NCBI GenBank assembly: GCA_950097015.1
Contig: CATNEN010000031.1
Coordinates: forward strand, 620,001 to 684,000
Length of the DNA stretch: 64,000 nucleotides
Direction: 5' to 3'
DNA from: Macrostomum hystrix
Taxonomy: Eukaryota > Animalia > Platyhelminthes
Shown here: one piece after another, positions 51,818 through 64,000 of the stretch
How the letters are laid out: each line of letters begins with the position of its first letter
Numbering within the stretch: position 1 is the stretch's first letter
Notes under the pieces: generated by a model
The model's input: only the letters and a program-made list of their open reading frames with translations
Told to the model about the DNA's origin: nothing
Database searches by the model: none
Program-made: the position numbers and the translations under genes

Positions 51818-53885
51818 ATGGTTAACATGGAATCCACCCAAGCCGTGCGAATCCGTCGGCTTCGCTGCCCTACCGTGCCTTGCCTGCTCTACCTATGCCC
51901 CGCTCTGCTGCTGCTCGAGCAGCAGATGCTGCTTGGTGCGCTGGCGTTGCTCTGCTGCGCTCTGCAGCTAGCACAGGCCAGGACTCTATTCCTGGCCAGC
52001 CCCGGCCTCGACCGAGTGAAACACCTGCGCTGGGCTGTAAGTGCTTCTGACAAGAGATTTTATCACTCGTACATTAAGTTAGTTGGTTAAGAAATTGACC
52101 TGCTCACGAGGGGGCCTCTTCAAATACTCTCGTATTTGTTACAAGACCAAATTATCAATTATAAATAAGTGGTTCTTATTAAGTCTCTTTTCTTAGTCGA
52201 AGACAAGGAAACTAAAAGACAAACAAATGCCTGCTTCTTTTGCAATTGTGTGCTTAACTAGTTTCTGCTCGTAAACGAAGGGTTTCGGAAAAACTCGGGC
52301 TTATTGAGAATGTTGGACTGAAATTTGAGAAAGTGGCACGCGGGGTTTTTCAGCAACAAGCCTCAGCAGGCTTGGGCCCATACCAAATGTGAACTTTTGT
52401 ACCTTGCGGGTCACGCCACTTAAATAATTATTATAAAAATAGAACTTTTTCGAGCGACGCACAATATCTTTAATCGCTTCATTGACTGTAGATTTTTAGC
52501 TATAGTAATGGAAAAATGATCAAATGAAACACACTGGCATGATTTCGGTTAATTTCCAAAAGGGATCGAAGAACTTTGCCTGAGTGGACTTTGCTTTGAC
52601 GCCACCCAAAAAGCTTCAGAAGTGCATAAAAGCAACTAATTTGGAATGGGACAAGCTGAATTAATGCTGACCTGCCACAGTTAAACATGGCAAAAAGTAT
52701 CTACAGACCGGCGCTTCGCCGCCGTTTACGCCGCCTGCGTCCGTTATTGCAGCGACTATCTCTTGCATTCCAGCTCCGGGTGTATCGTCGACTGCCATTG
52801 AATGCCATGTCCCGTCTGTGGGGTCGATGCCATCAGCTGCCACTGCCATCGTTCGCCCGTGGCCCAGCATACAGGCTATATAGCAAACTGTGCAACTGCA
52901 ACCTGGATGAGGCCGACTTCAACGACCTACGCGACTTTCGCAATCTATCAGAGTTCTTTCGGCGCTCTCTGAAGCCCGAAGTGCGACCGATCTGTCCTGC
53001 GTCCCGCCTGGTCTCGCCGGCAGATGGCACCGTATTGCACTTCGGCCGCGTGGCCCGTGGCCATCTGGAACAGGTGAAGGGAGTCACCTACACCCTTCAG
53101 GGCTTCCTTGGTCCAAATCCAATAGCCCAAAATGACTCTCCGGATGGCCGATCTACACCATTGGATCAGAAGGTGCATGATGCCCTATATCATGAGCAGC
53201 TGAAGCAGAACCCAGAAAACGAACTATATCACTGTGTGATCTACCTTAGCCCAGGCGATTATCACCGGTTTCACTCGCCAGCCGACTGGACGGTTCGTAA
53301 ACGGCGCCACTTCCCCGGCCACCTGCTATCCGTAGCGCCGCGCATTGCTGGCATGATTAGCGGCCTTTTCTGCATCAACGAGCGCGCCGTGTACATGGGT
53401 AACTGGCGACACGGCTTCTTCTCCTACACTGCTGTTGGTGCCACTAACGTCGGATCAATCAGCGTCTTCAAAGACGAGGTAAGCTCGGTGAAATATTCGA
53501 TGGCTTTGTCCAAATCTCTTCATTTTTCCGAGACTTTTGTCTCTATAGTCTGAGCTTGATTGCAGTTTCTTCGACTGGTCTTAAAAGCAACTTAGAATGG
53601 AGCTTAGGTACTGGAAACTGTCTCACGTTTGCCCACTTTTTACATTCGCAAACACACGTGTACACATCTCCATGAAAACAGGAGCTGCGTACTAACCAAG
53701 GCGGCGCTGATTTCAAGGATCGCTATTTTCCTGACAACAGCTTCGAGGCAGAGAAAGGCAAGTTATTCGGTGAATTCAACCTAGGTAGTACCGTGGTGCT
53801 ACTGTTCGAAGCGCCAAAATGTTTCAGCTTCAGCCTACAGCCTGGACAGAAAATCCTGGTTGGCCAGAGCATGGGTTCGCTGTGA
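51818..53885 (+). CDS. PISD: Phosphatidylserine decarboxylase proenzyme; exons 51818-52036, 52774 (or 52681)-53478, 53682-53885
   Basis: [47 protein letters not shown] and the autocleavage motif [12 protein letters not shown]. All introns are phase 0 GT-AG. An alternative start lies at ATG 52687. Confidence 0.93.
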
Positions 53886-56731
53886 ACTGAGACTGAGCAC
53901 TGAGCACCAGAACACTGGACTGAGCCTGGATGGAAGGGGCTATATACTTGTAAATCGCTGAAATTTATATTCTATGTTGCTCTCAGCGCCGATAGGAGTG
54001 TGCGGGAAACTTCGCGTTGCTTGGCCAGCCTGGGGGTCAAGAATCGAGAATTCTTGTCTCCAAATTTGGGGGTTTCGGTCAAAATTTTTGGTCAAGCGTC
54101 GTTTTGGGAGCATAGATACGGTTTCAGCAACCGTGTGCCTTTTTATGCTGTTTCATATGCCTTAGGGAGGTGTAAAAATCCTGCATTTATTTTTATTAAG
54201 TATAGAAGTTCCGGAGCTCAAACTTCGCATTAATTTTGCATTTAGTTTTTTTAGTCGCGAATTTTCGAGTCCGTAAAAAATCCTACGTGGCATTTACTTA
54301 TAGCAATTTGGCTTCTTTACACAGATAGCTTCTTAGATATAGACTAGAATCGCATTTATAATTCAATATAAAGTGGGTGCATCGGCGCTGTATATATATT
54401 ATAGGCAAGGCAATCGATCCATGTATCTGAGACTTGATTGGGCAACTGAGACTTATTATTTGCTGCGAGTCACAACTACGAGCCCTATTTGCATTCAGCA
54501 ACGAATGTATATTTCTATCCGATACAATATATGATTGTCAATAGTGATCACTGCGAACTATGCAACTCAGCATACATTTTTTATAGTGAACAACAATAAG
54601 TTTAGTTACTTAACAGTTTTTGTCATGTACGTTAAATTGTTTCACGGCTATCCTTTCTTTGTTGTGTAAATATATTCTAATAGAATATCCAGTTCAATAT
54701 CGTTTTGTCTTCCTTATTTATCCGCCATTCAATATAATCATCGTTTTGCTGTGATGTTATGCATTTCATTCATGTGATTCAAGCATTAAGCTGGTTAAAT
54801 CACATAAATGAAATGCGAAACACCTGCGGAAATTTATCTTTCCATAAATTTATAGACGTCCTGTCCTTATTCGATCATATGCTCGTGCTGAACGAAAAAG
54901 GTTTGAGTAAAGTATGAACAGTATCAATGTTTTTAGCATTATGTACACTATGTCAGAAAAGAAAGTATGACAAACATGAACATATTCAAATAAAATATAA
55001 AGTGACATGCCAGTCAATAAGACTGCATTAGCGTCCTGCTCGGGATAGTCGATTTCCGGAAAGTACATCGAAGCATTCAGCCGTTGGACGTCAAAGTAAT
55101 TTTAAGTTTCTTCTAACGAAACTGCATTGATTCACTGTTTGTGTGGTTGGCTGTACTGGAATGTCGCATTGCATATTAAATGCTTGTTTGTCACCTACAG
55201 TTCCGAATGTAATCCAGAAAACTCTCAGCAGCTTCAGTATCCATTTCCATCTCACAATCAGTGTTTTTTTTATTGCAAAGTACAGGACTTTGCAGTGCAG
55301 TACTTTCATTGCTGGACTTGTACCCCATCCAGCAGTTTAAAAAAATAACGCTATTTATTATATTATGCGTTAACACAACTAACGCATTCCTATAAACTGA
55401 GAAATAATATTGTAAATATTTTTACTTACTAAGTTACGATCATTGTTCTACTCGTATAATTGATTTTTTAATTCCACCTCATTTTTGAAGTAGATAAAAC
55501 ACCGGGGGCCAATTCAAATACCAACATTTTTCTTTTTTCTCTATCTCCCTAAATATTCAACCAATCACCATGAAAATCCAGAACGCGGGACTAAAATTTT
55601 CCGCTCTATCTGATGAGACAATTTTGAGACAAAACATTGGTATCGTTGGTATATTCAAAGATTCTAGTCAGTGTGTTTAGTGGCAAAAAAATCGAAGTAA
55701 AGTTTTCCGCTTACAAAATTTTATCATGTAATCATGTCGGCTATGATTATGGACTATTTTGGATTGATAATAATTGAATCCAATATGGATTCGCCAAAGA
55801 GTTTATACAGAGCAATGTTAGTTGTAATTGTCACCAGGGTTCTCTGACAAGAATCGCTGAATATTTAGACGATGCTAGCTGACGTCAGACGGCTTTGAAA
55901 GTTAGTTCATTGTCAAGGGCGGAAAATGCTTGAGTCATTATCCCTTTAAAGTTATTCGCTCATGACGATCAGTCACACCACAACTCGCGTATACTCGTAT
56001 TTAAAGTCTTTAGAAGTACATGTACTTTTAATGTTTTGGTATGCAAAAATATCGTCTAATATCGTCTAAATATCGTCTATCATCTTTCTTTCGCCAGCTT
56101 GATTTTTATCAGGGAAAAAATTAATTGCAGATCTCGAAGATAAAATAATTCTAAAAAAATATGCCCCATTGTGGTGTGACCTACCCGAGTAATACCCCAA
56201 ATCGGCTAAGTAGTACCCAATGGGGTGCTAAATTCCGTTAATGTGTGAGCTAAGTAGAGTGAAAATTGCTAATTTACCTACTGCAATTCATTTTCGCTTG
56301 TATTATGCATGCATGGTGATTGTACAATCGCTGTTGAACCTGTTAATTCGCAATTAATGCCAATGATACCTACAGCCTCACCATCTTTTGACTTGCGACG
56401 CTTAAATACCTTGTTCTACTTTTTGCCAAGTGAATGTACAAAAATAGCTATTGTATTGTGCGGTTCTGTCAAGGGAAAAATAAAGTCATTACCTTATTAA
56501 AATATGCGACAAGCTATGTGAGCTGCTCCACCAGCAAAAAATTGCTGCTACAAAAGATTATAGAACAGGCTACAGTAATTTAGCAGAAAGGAAATTTGAG
56601 GTGTCTGCGGAATGCCAAAGAAATATCTTATGCATTTGCGGCAGTAAGAGTTTCAGATTCACACGGTTGAAATCTGGCAGGTAAATAATTTCGATAAGTA
56701 TAAGTCGATTTTTGCAAGATTAAAACTGCAT

Positions 56732-56940
56732 TGCGGGAAAATCTCTGCGGGCAAATCTCTGCGGGCAAATCTCGACGGGAAAATCTCTGCGGGCAAATCT
56801 CGACGGGAAAATCTCGACGGGAAAATCTCTGCGGGCAAATCTCGACGGGCAAATCTCCTGCGGGCAAACCTCGGCGGGCAAATCTCGACGGGCAAATCTC
56901 CTGCGGGCAAATCTCGGCGGGCAGTTCGCCTGCGGGCAAG
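56732..56940. repeat. ~15-bp degenerate tandem repeat GGG(C/A)AAATCTC(G/T)(A/G)C
   Basis: About 13 units read directly; probably the internal array of an unclassified DNA element. Confidence 0.85.
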
Positions 56941-57409
56941 TCTCGTGCTCCCAATCGTCAGTCAGCCATAGCCACACGCAGTCCTCTCCCACCATTTAGT
57001 GTGCACAGAAGTCTCTTTTAAGCTTGCCATTTTTATGGCGATATTTTTTAGTGTTATGTGAGAGTTTTGCAGCCAAGTCTTTGCTTTTCTACTGTTGTCA
57101 GTAGTCTGAATTGTATCTCTCACAGTTGACCTGAACTTGATTTCATACGAACGAGTGCCTAGAAACGCGAATAGTTGTAAAAGACTTCCTGCCACCAGTG
57201 CATCTTTTTAATTAGGACACTTGAAGTTCTTTTCATCGGCGATTCACCGTCTTCGTTTTATAAGAATTGACCGCGCTAACTTGGCTGTGGCGTGCTCACA
57301 ATCGTGAGCTGTGTTGGCATTTAGCGCTTGTTTTCCTGATGGGATAAATGATTGATCAGCTGCTTGTGTTGTTTAGTAGTCCTTGATGAGACTTCGATGA
57401 AGTTGTCAC

Positions 57410-57620
57410 ACTACGCGCCAAGGACGATAGGTGACGCCAAAGGGAGTCAGCACCTTGCTTGAGGTATGTTGACCTTTGAATTGCTTGAATATAGATTCGC
57501 ACCCAGCTGGCCATTCAAAATCCTTTACTTTGCGAAGTCGCAAGTAAATTGCGTGCATCAGATTGGCCAGATTCGGAATAAACTTTCCAAAGTAATTCAC
57601 CAGTCCAATTATGCTCAGAA
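57410..57620 (-). mobile_element. Ty3/Gypsy RT-RNaseH connection relic
   Basis: IGLVNYFGKFIPNLANLMHAIYLRLRK...FEWPAGCESIFKQFK...TSSKVL. Confidence 0.75.
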
Positions 57621-58032
57621 GAATATGTTCAAGTAAAATTAACTTTCCTGTGCGATTTCTGAGTATTGTGATTTTTAAAATAAAACTGTGAGGCAGTCTA
57701 CAACTAACACCATATGATACTCGTATACAACTAGAAGTACAACTGTCATATGCAAATACATTTTGAAGTAAGTACGTAAGAGTACAGAAACATTCAAAAT
57801 TTTCATTCCTTTGGGACAATATACTATAGCAAAAGCAGCACGGGCAGTCTAAATATAGACGAGTTCGCAATATTTCTGGACTCAACCGGTTAGCGACCAA
57901 AACTCACCCAGTGTAAATTCAGGCATAAAAGGCAAAGCGAAGACGCCGCTTGCTGCTTGGTCACCTCTCCTCAAATTACGAGTACAAGCTCAGTCAGTTG
58001 TCTCGCGCATTAGGAAAGCTGTAGCATAAACA

Positions 58033-58665
58033 ATGAGCAAAGTGAACCATGCTCACAAGGGTGTTGAAATCTGCGTAAGCTGGCAACCAGCTAGAGGCGG
58101 ACAAATCCCACCGAACGCCGTTGAAGCTGCACCGGGCATCTACGTAGGCCGCGCCAAGTTCGAAGGCAACTGGGTGCCAGCTAAAATAGCACAGGGCCAT
58201 CCGGGTGCCTACGTTCCCTATGGCGGGCAGGAGCACACCATCCCAGAATATGAGGTGCTTGCTTGCTCCGAGATTGGTTGCTACGGCAAGGGATACAAGT
58301 GGGTGAGTGACTCAAACGGCAACGCACCGAAGACAGCCCTGGTTGCCGGTCGGCTAGACGATGGCGCTCCACTATACATTGCCAGAGGAGAGGTGATTAT
58401 TTTATTTCGCTTGTATTATTTTATTAGCAATAGCACAGCTCATTTAACATGTACGCACTACGCAGCTACGTGAACATGATGGGTTGCAGTAAATTCATAA
58501 TACGACACTTATGAGCCGTACATAAACTCGCTATTCTCAAACTTTCAGGTCAACGGCTCGATGTGCGTCGGCAAGATTCATAGGGACCATAACTGCGCTT
58601 ACTTCCCGTGGGGTGGCAAGGAGCACAAGCATGAGCATTACGAGGTTCTGGTGCTTGAAAAATGA
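58033..58665 (+). CDS. DM9-repeat (DUF3421) protein, 158 aa; exons 58033-58392 and 58549-58665
   Basis: Two DM9 repeats: W....G.IPPNAV...YVGRA...VPAKI...AYVPYGGQEH...YEVL and WV...G..P..A..G...LYIARG...GKI...AYFPWGGKEH...YEVL. Phase-0 intron; no signal peptide. Confidence 0.9.
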
Positions 58666-59274
58666 AGTTCATAATGAGCGTAACAATACTGCCCAGGCTG
58701 ATGGCGCAGTAGACACGAGACGATCGTGAATGAGTGCACACATTTCTTAGGCACTTAGTACTCCTGTCTATGAAATCCTATAAACAATGACGCTACATAC
58801 ACGACAACTATATAACATTAGCACGATCAATTTGAACTACTCGTACTGCTATCTGCAGCCAACTTAGATATGCTTAAAAAACTTATTATCTCTAATCAGT
58901 CTGAAAACAAATTTTTTAAATAAAAGCTAGTAATCATACAAACAGAAGAGCATGAAGAAACATGCTGCCATTTAATTTAGATTCTGTTTAGTTTTTTCGT
59001 CAGTGCGTTTCCGAATCTGATCTAAGGAAAGCATTAAGAACGAATGTCAACTTATTCTTCAACCAAATTGAGTTATTTTCTTTAAGATATTTTTATTGAG
59101 AAAAAAACAGCGTGAGCATTTTAAAGGAAAGGTAACTTTTTAAAGAAAAACTGTGCTCGAACGCCTAATCTTTTCTGTTAGTTACATGCAATTTATTTTG
59201 CTGATGCATATGCATATATTAATATGCATAATATGTAAGTTCATTTCGAGTTCATTTCAGGGTGTCAGTGTCCC

Positions 59275-60678
59275 TTATTCCGAGTCAACATGAACAAGTG
59301 ACTTAAGTGGCACCCCCTGTGGCAGTCGGGCGCGGCCGTTCAGGAAGTCGAGCTCTACCACAGCCAAGCAGCCTGCCACGCTGCCGCCTACCCGCTGGAT
59401 GAGACGGATAGCCGCAGCCATGGTGCCGCCCAGAGCTACTAGGTCGTCCACGAGCAGCACTCTGGTGCCGGACGGAACTGCGCCCACCTGTATCTCGAAG
59501 CGATCTTCGCCATATTCTTTAGTGTACGCTTCAGACTCTACATGACCAGGCAATTTACCAGCTTTGCGGATCGGTGCAAAACCCACTCCCAGGCGCTGGG
59601 CCAGGCTGGGACCGAACAAAAAGCCTCGTGACTCCAAGCCTACAACCAGCTGCACTTGCGGCAGGTCCTGCAAGGCGGCAAGAATGGATTTCATGGCGGC
59701 GGCAGTGAGAACCGGGGCACCAAAGCCTTGAAAAGCATGCGGTTTAGACATCTTTCGGAACGATTGGGTATTTCACTATGAAGTAGAATTCCACCCATCT
59801 CTTACATTGCTATCAACAACAAACTAGATTTTGTAAGGTAACAGAAATTAAAAATTCTTAGCAAATATATGCTTCCAAACGATTCTTTCCAGTGCAAGTG
59901 CTCGCTGGAAAGAGTTCTACCGCATAAAATAACAGATAGCCCCCGCACAACATTCTGATACTGACAAGACCAACAATAGCATTCAAACAGTGTTTTTAAT
60001 TCACAAAACTCACGTACCACAGGTGCTTTAGTGTACATACACATATAACAAAAGTTCAAGCTCATTGCCCAGCTAGTAAGCAAAAATGAAAGAGAGGAAT
60101 ATACTACAAATTTGAAGTTGGTCTCTGCAGTGCCTGAAGCAGACAGAGTAAACAGTCCAAGTTCAGAATATGAAGTCTTGCATGCACACACCAAGCTGTT
60201 TCTACAAAGCAAATATCGCAGACGCTTGCTTTGCTAGGCACAATTTCAGTTATTTTCTCAGACAGACCATCAGGAAATTTATCGCTGCTTTTTTAATCGC
60301 ACTTCTCAATTCAAAAGTGAAATGAAATTTGAACTAGGATTTTTATATCAAGCCTCTGTTTTAATCTATGTAAAATCGATTATAGGCATAAGTTCATAAT
60401 CAAAGAAACTTATATATATGCTACCTTGGCCTCTTCCAACAGTGCTTCGATTGTATCAGCGAAGATACACGGCGATGCCATGATGCCCATAATATCCCTG
60501 AAATAATTAAATTTGAAAGTGCTGAAAATTGTATTGCCACATAAATAGTGCTAATAAGCCACATCGTAAACCAAAATGGAAATTGGCGTACTCACTTGAA
60601 AACGACACCAGGCTTAGGGAAGTCAGGATAATCAACCAAAGCCAACTTGATGCGCTCCAGGCGGGCTTGCTTAGACAT
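59275..60678 (-). CDS. APRT: Adenine phosphoribosyltransferase, 182 aa; exons 60678-60596, 60497-60425, 59667-59275
   Basis: YPDFPKPGVVFKDI, VGLESRGFLFG, IRKAGKLPG, YTKEYGEDRFE and PRPP loop VLLVDDLVALGGT. Intron phases 2 and 0 are consistent. Confidence 0.94.
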
Positions 60679-60889
60679 GGTCTTTGGTGGCTGGAATCAC
60701 GAGACACGAGTTACTGCTGAAGCAGAATGCACAATAACATTGCATTTTTGCATGCGATACGAAATTAAATTGTACTATACAGAAAAAGCACAAATTTTCA
60801 TTTGATGTGCCGACCTAACGAAAGAAAAGTAGGCAATTATTTACCAAACTCATCTACCAACCTCTATATTTTACTACACTAAAAATATT

Positions 60890-61372
60890 GCTTTTTGCAG
60901 ACAATTTGATCCTTCGAGCATTCGATTTAATTCATAGTGGCAAAATCAGGCCGATTTTCAAGTTGTCTATGGCCAAAATTATGACCATTCAGCAATCGAT
61001 TTGATCCTTCGGACACGCATTTAGTCCCGCCCTCTAGATTTAATATGCCACATGTGTATGCCACTTCGTCGATGGAATCAAAGCCGTCCTCACTTTCTGC
61101 GTCGAACATAGTGATAGCTGCTTCGCTCTCTGACGTCTGATGATAACTGTCTAGTGTGTTCTGTGTTCTAGGGCAAAAATTAATTACCAAACAGTGGAGA
61201 AAAGCTTAAATGCGTTTCCGAAGGATCAAATCGATTGCTGTATGGTCATACTTTTGGCCATAGACAACTTGAAAATCGGCCTGAAACGCTTGGATTTTGC
61301 CACTGTGGTTTAAATCGAATGCTCGATTTAATCCACGATTTAAATCGAAGGATCAAATGGTCTGCAAAAAGC
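60890..61372. mobile_element. Foldback element with ~135-165-bp inverted arms upstream of APRT
   Basis: GCTTTTTGCAGACAATTTGATCCTTCGA...GACACGCATTTAG is the reverse complement of ~61206-61372 (with indels). No clear TSD. Confidence 0.72.
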
Positions 61373-62484
61373 TATACGACTAGTATCGACTAATCGACTA
61401 CATCTCTATATATCTGAGCCCAGAGCGTTGATTGAGCATCAGCGAGCAAGAATGTGTTGACAAAAGCTCATTTCCTGCTTAAGACATCATAGGATAGTTA
61501 TTGCCAAAATAATTTCAGATGACTATGCATAAAACAGACGCTACCCCATAAAGTACCGTGTAGTTAGTTACTTAAACCTATATCAATAAGTATAAGCTTA
61601 GTATCTTAGTTGCTATTATGAAGACTTGCATGCACACTAAGCGACAGATATTAGGCCAGTTTCTAAAATCGCAAAAACTTTCAACTGATTTTCCGGATTT
61701 TTCTTTTCGCTGTCTTTAACCAATATGTAGTTTAACTAGCTAAAACTCAGTTTAAATTCAAATGAAATGAAATTCAACTCAATATGCGGAAAACGACTAA
61801 TTTAGCTGTGCCATTTGATTACAAAAGGTATACCCCATTAAATAGAAATTTAAGCAAACAGCGAAAACCTGTCTAATAAGAGCAGCATGCATTCTACTTT
61901 TTTTGTCTAGTTTGCTCTCGAAATAACTAAGTGATGAGAAAAATGCATGAATAGCAAACAAGCTTTTGGAATAGTATAAGCAAGGGAAGAGAAAGAGAGT
62001 TTATTTACTGTGTTAAGAAAACGTGAACGACCCGAAAACATAAAACTACAATTATCTTCTAGAGAACATATGAATATATGCAGCGTTTGCTTAAGCTACT
62101 CACCTATACCCACCAGTAGCAGTAGAAGCACTGGCAATCTAAAATTTTTCTATGTCCCATGCACATTAAAGATGAAAGGACAAAAATGCACAGCTTTTTT
62201 GTTTTTATTGCTAGAAAAAAATATTTAGTTTCCAGTCTGTACATTCAGTTCGTATAGTAAAAAGTTTAACTGAAATTCTAATGAATGATTCTAATGAACT
62301 CTAATTTTAAGGATTTCAGACGTGATCCTTGGGGGAGGAACGAAGTAACAGTTTATCCCCCAAAAAATGTGGGAGGGCATATCCTCAAAATTACAAGTCG
62401 CAGGAATCGCAGTTTTAAGCTGTGGAGGAGGGAATCACATAGACATTGTAATTAGAACAATTCAAACACAAGAGCTATTGCATA

Positions 62485-63428
62485 CGAGGGGTCTTTCAAA
62501 GGATCGTAGAAAAGCCATCTCCGCTTAAACATATGCCCTTGAAAATTTTCTCAAGTATTATTTTATATATCTACAGCCTACATCTAAATTTTCAGCCAAA
62601 TTGACTTAAAAAGCCGCGAGAAATCTGCGATCAAACTCTGAACCCCCATTGCATTTCCTGCATTATCCAAGGAGCAGTCAAGAGCCATAATGCTATTCCT
62701 CTTTCGCCGAGGCTCTAGTGCCAGTGAAGCTGCTGCTGAGATGAATACCGTACTGCATGATGAAGCTCCATCCCTCAGCACTGTGCACAAGTGGTTTGGC
62801 CGCTTCAGAAGTGGCCATTTCGATTTGGTTGACGAGCCAAGAGAAGGTCGTCCAAGAACATCAACGGACTCCTTGAATGTGGCTGCTGTGCAGTCTGCTC
62901 TGAACGAGGATGCGAGACTGACCATCGAGAGGATGGAGGAGAGTCTGGGCATTGATGCCACATCGATCTGGAGGATTCTGCACGAAGATCTTGGTCTCAC
63001 CAAGAAAGCTGCCAAATGGGTGCCACGAATCCTCTCGCCAGAACAGAAGCAGCAGAGGATCGAATTCTGCAGGAATTTCCTCGAACAATTCAAAGATGGA
63101 GAATCTGCGAACTTCCAGAACATCGTCACAGGTGATGAAGCCTGCAGGTTCCATCAGTACGACCCGCCAACTAAATCACAGTCGATGGTTTAGTCTCTGA
63201 AAGGAGCCCCATCTCCCCAAAAGGCGAAGCGGGTGAGGTCAGCTGGGAAAATCACGTTCGCGATTTTCTTCTCTTCTAGAGGCATTGTGGCCTCGGTGCC
63301 AGTTGAGCAAGGCTGCACTGTGAACTTTGATTGGTACGTGACCATCTGCTTGCCCGCTGTGTTCAATTCCATCGCAGCTGGTCGCGGCAAAGCGGAGCTA
63401 CGCCGCTACTTCCTGCATCACGACAACG
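62485..63428 (+). mobile_element. Mariner transposase pseudogene, 3'-truncated
   Basis: TA|CGAGGGGTCTTTCAAA left end; HTH region (STVHKWFGRFRSG, GRPRT), WVPRIL, IVTGDE; TGG>TAG stop at 63191; ends after YFLHHDN; no right TIR seen. Confidence 0.88.
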
Positions 63429-64000
63429 AAAATATGGCATTCACTATCCTCTTAAAATCCAAAAACAAGCCCAGTTTAAACAACATAGGATTATAACTCT
63501 GAAACATATAGCAACATTACTAATATTGCCTATGTATATAAACTGTGTGGGCATTATTAATATTCCTCATTTGGCTAATGCTTAAGCGATCCAGTTCAGG
63601 TCCTGTTTAAGATTGCTCGATTCGCGCAGCTAATTCATTGTTTCACAGTCACTGTGCTATGCATTCGAAACGATTGTGATACTTATGATACAAAGGTGAA
63701 GTCAATCATTTTTTTGCGAAAAAATTCTTGGAGCACCAGGCTTTAAAACATCATACATTAAGCTTGCCCTCGGATGTTTAGATAATAAGAAGTCCAAAAA
63801 TATACTGTTAATAATAATAAGGGTGAAGCCAGAGCTAATTATTGATCCCGCAGTTTGAGCCACGAGCTACTGCAATCGCCAAAAATGCGCACATTCAAGA
63901 ACAGTGTGAAGTCACGGGGAGCCTAAAATAGGAAAGAAGTCAATCTCGATCAGCTTCGGTCGCAGAAGTCGCAGCTGCAGCGCTCCCACAATCGTCTGCA

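Noticed and set aside
56628-57021. Overlapping 'RRFARRD/EICPQ' ORFs
   Set aside because: Translations of the ~15-bp tandem repeat.
59668-59751. In-frame N-terminal extension of the APRT ORF (MSKPHAFQGFGAP...)
   Set aside because: It is intronic. The real N-terminus is in exons 60678-60596 and 60497-60425, and the alternative acceptor here is phase-incompatible.
52687-60678. Bacterial origin or operon for PISD, DM9 and APRT
   Set aside because: All have spliceosomal introns and eukaryote-type sequences, and DM9 and APRT are convergent.

Overview
Intron-containing animal genomic DNA, not prokaryotic. GC-rich exons in AT-rich introns, large minisatellites and the TE mix suggest a free-living flatworm such as Macrostomum; this is an inference and was not tested. 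Nine protein-coding genes were reconstructed by hand from GT-AG boundaries with consistent reading phase: beta-MPP (PMPCB), a 9-finger C2H2 protein (5'-partial), RPS27, a Wnt11/4-like ligand, an srGAP (F-BAR/RhoGAP/SH3, 1155 aa), an orphan secreted Cys-rich prepropeptide, phosphatidylserine decarboxylase (PISD), a DM9-repeat protein and APRT. Mobile DNA includes a decayed Penelope-like element with hammerhead-like terminal repeats, hAT MITEs with 8-bp TSDs, a long-TIR foldback element with a 9-bp TSD, two head-to-head Crypton-like tyrosine-recombinase relics around a palindrome, RTE LINE pieces, a Ty3/Gypsy LTR-gag-protease fragment, two mariner relics, a Tc1 relic and SINEs. The most unusual observations are: (1) an in-frame tandem array of seven splice acceptors inside one zinc finger; (2) the Crypton pair; (3) the orphan secreted peptide; (4) two alternative N-termini for PISD; (5) the ribozyme-like PLE termini. 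All alignments were done by eye and no searches were run.
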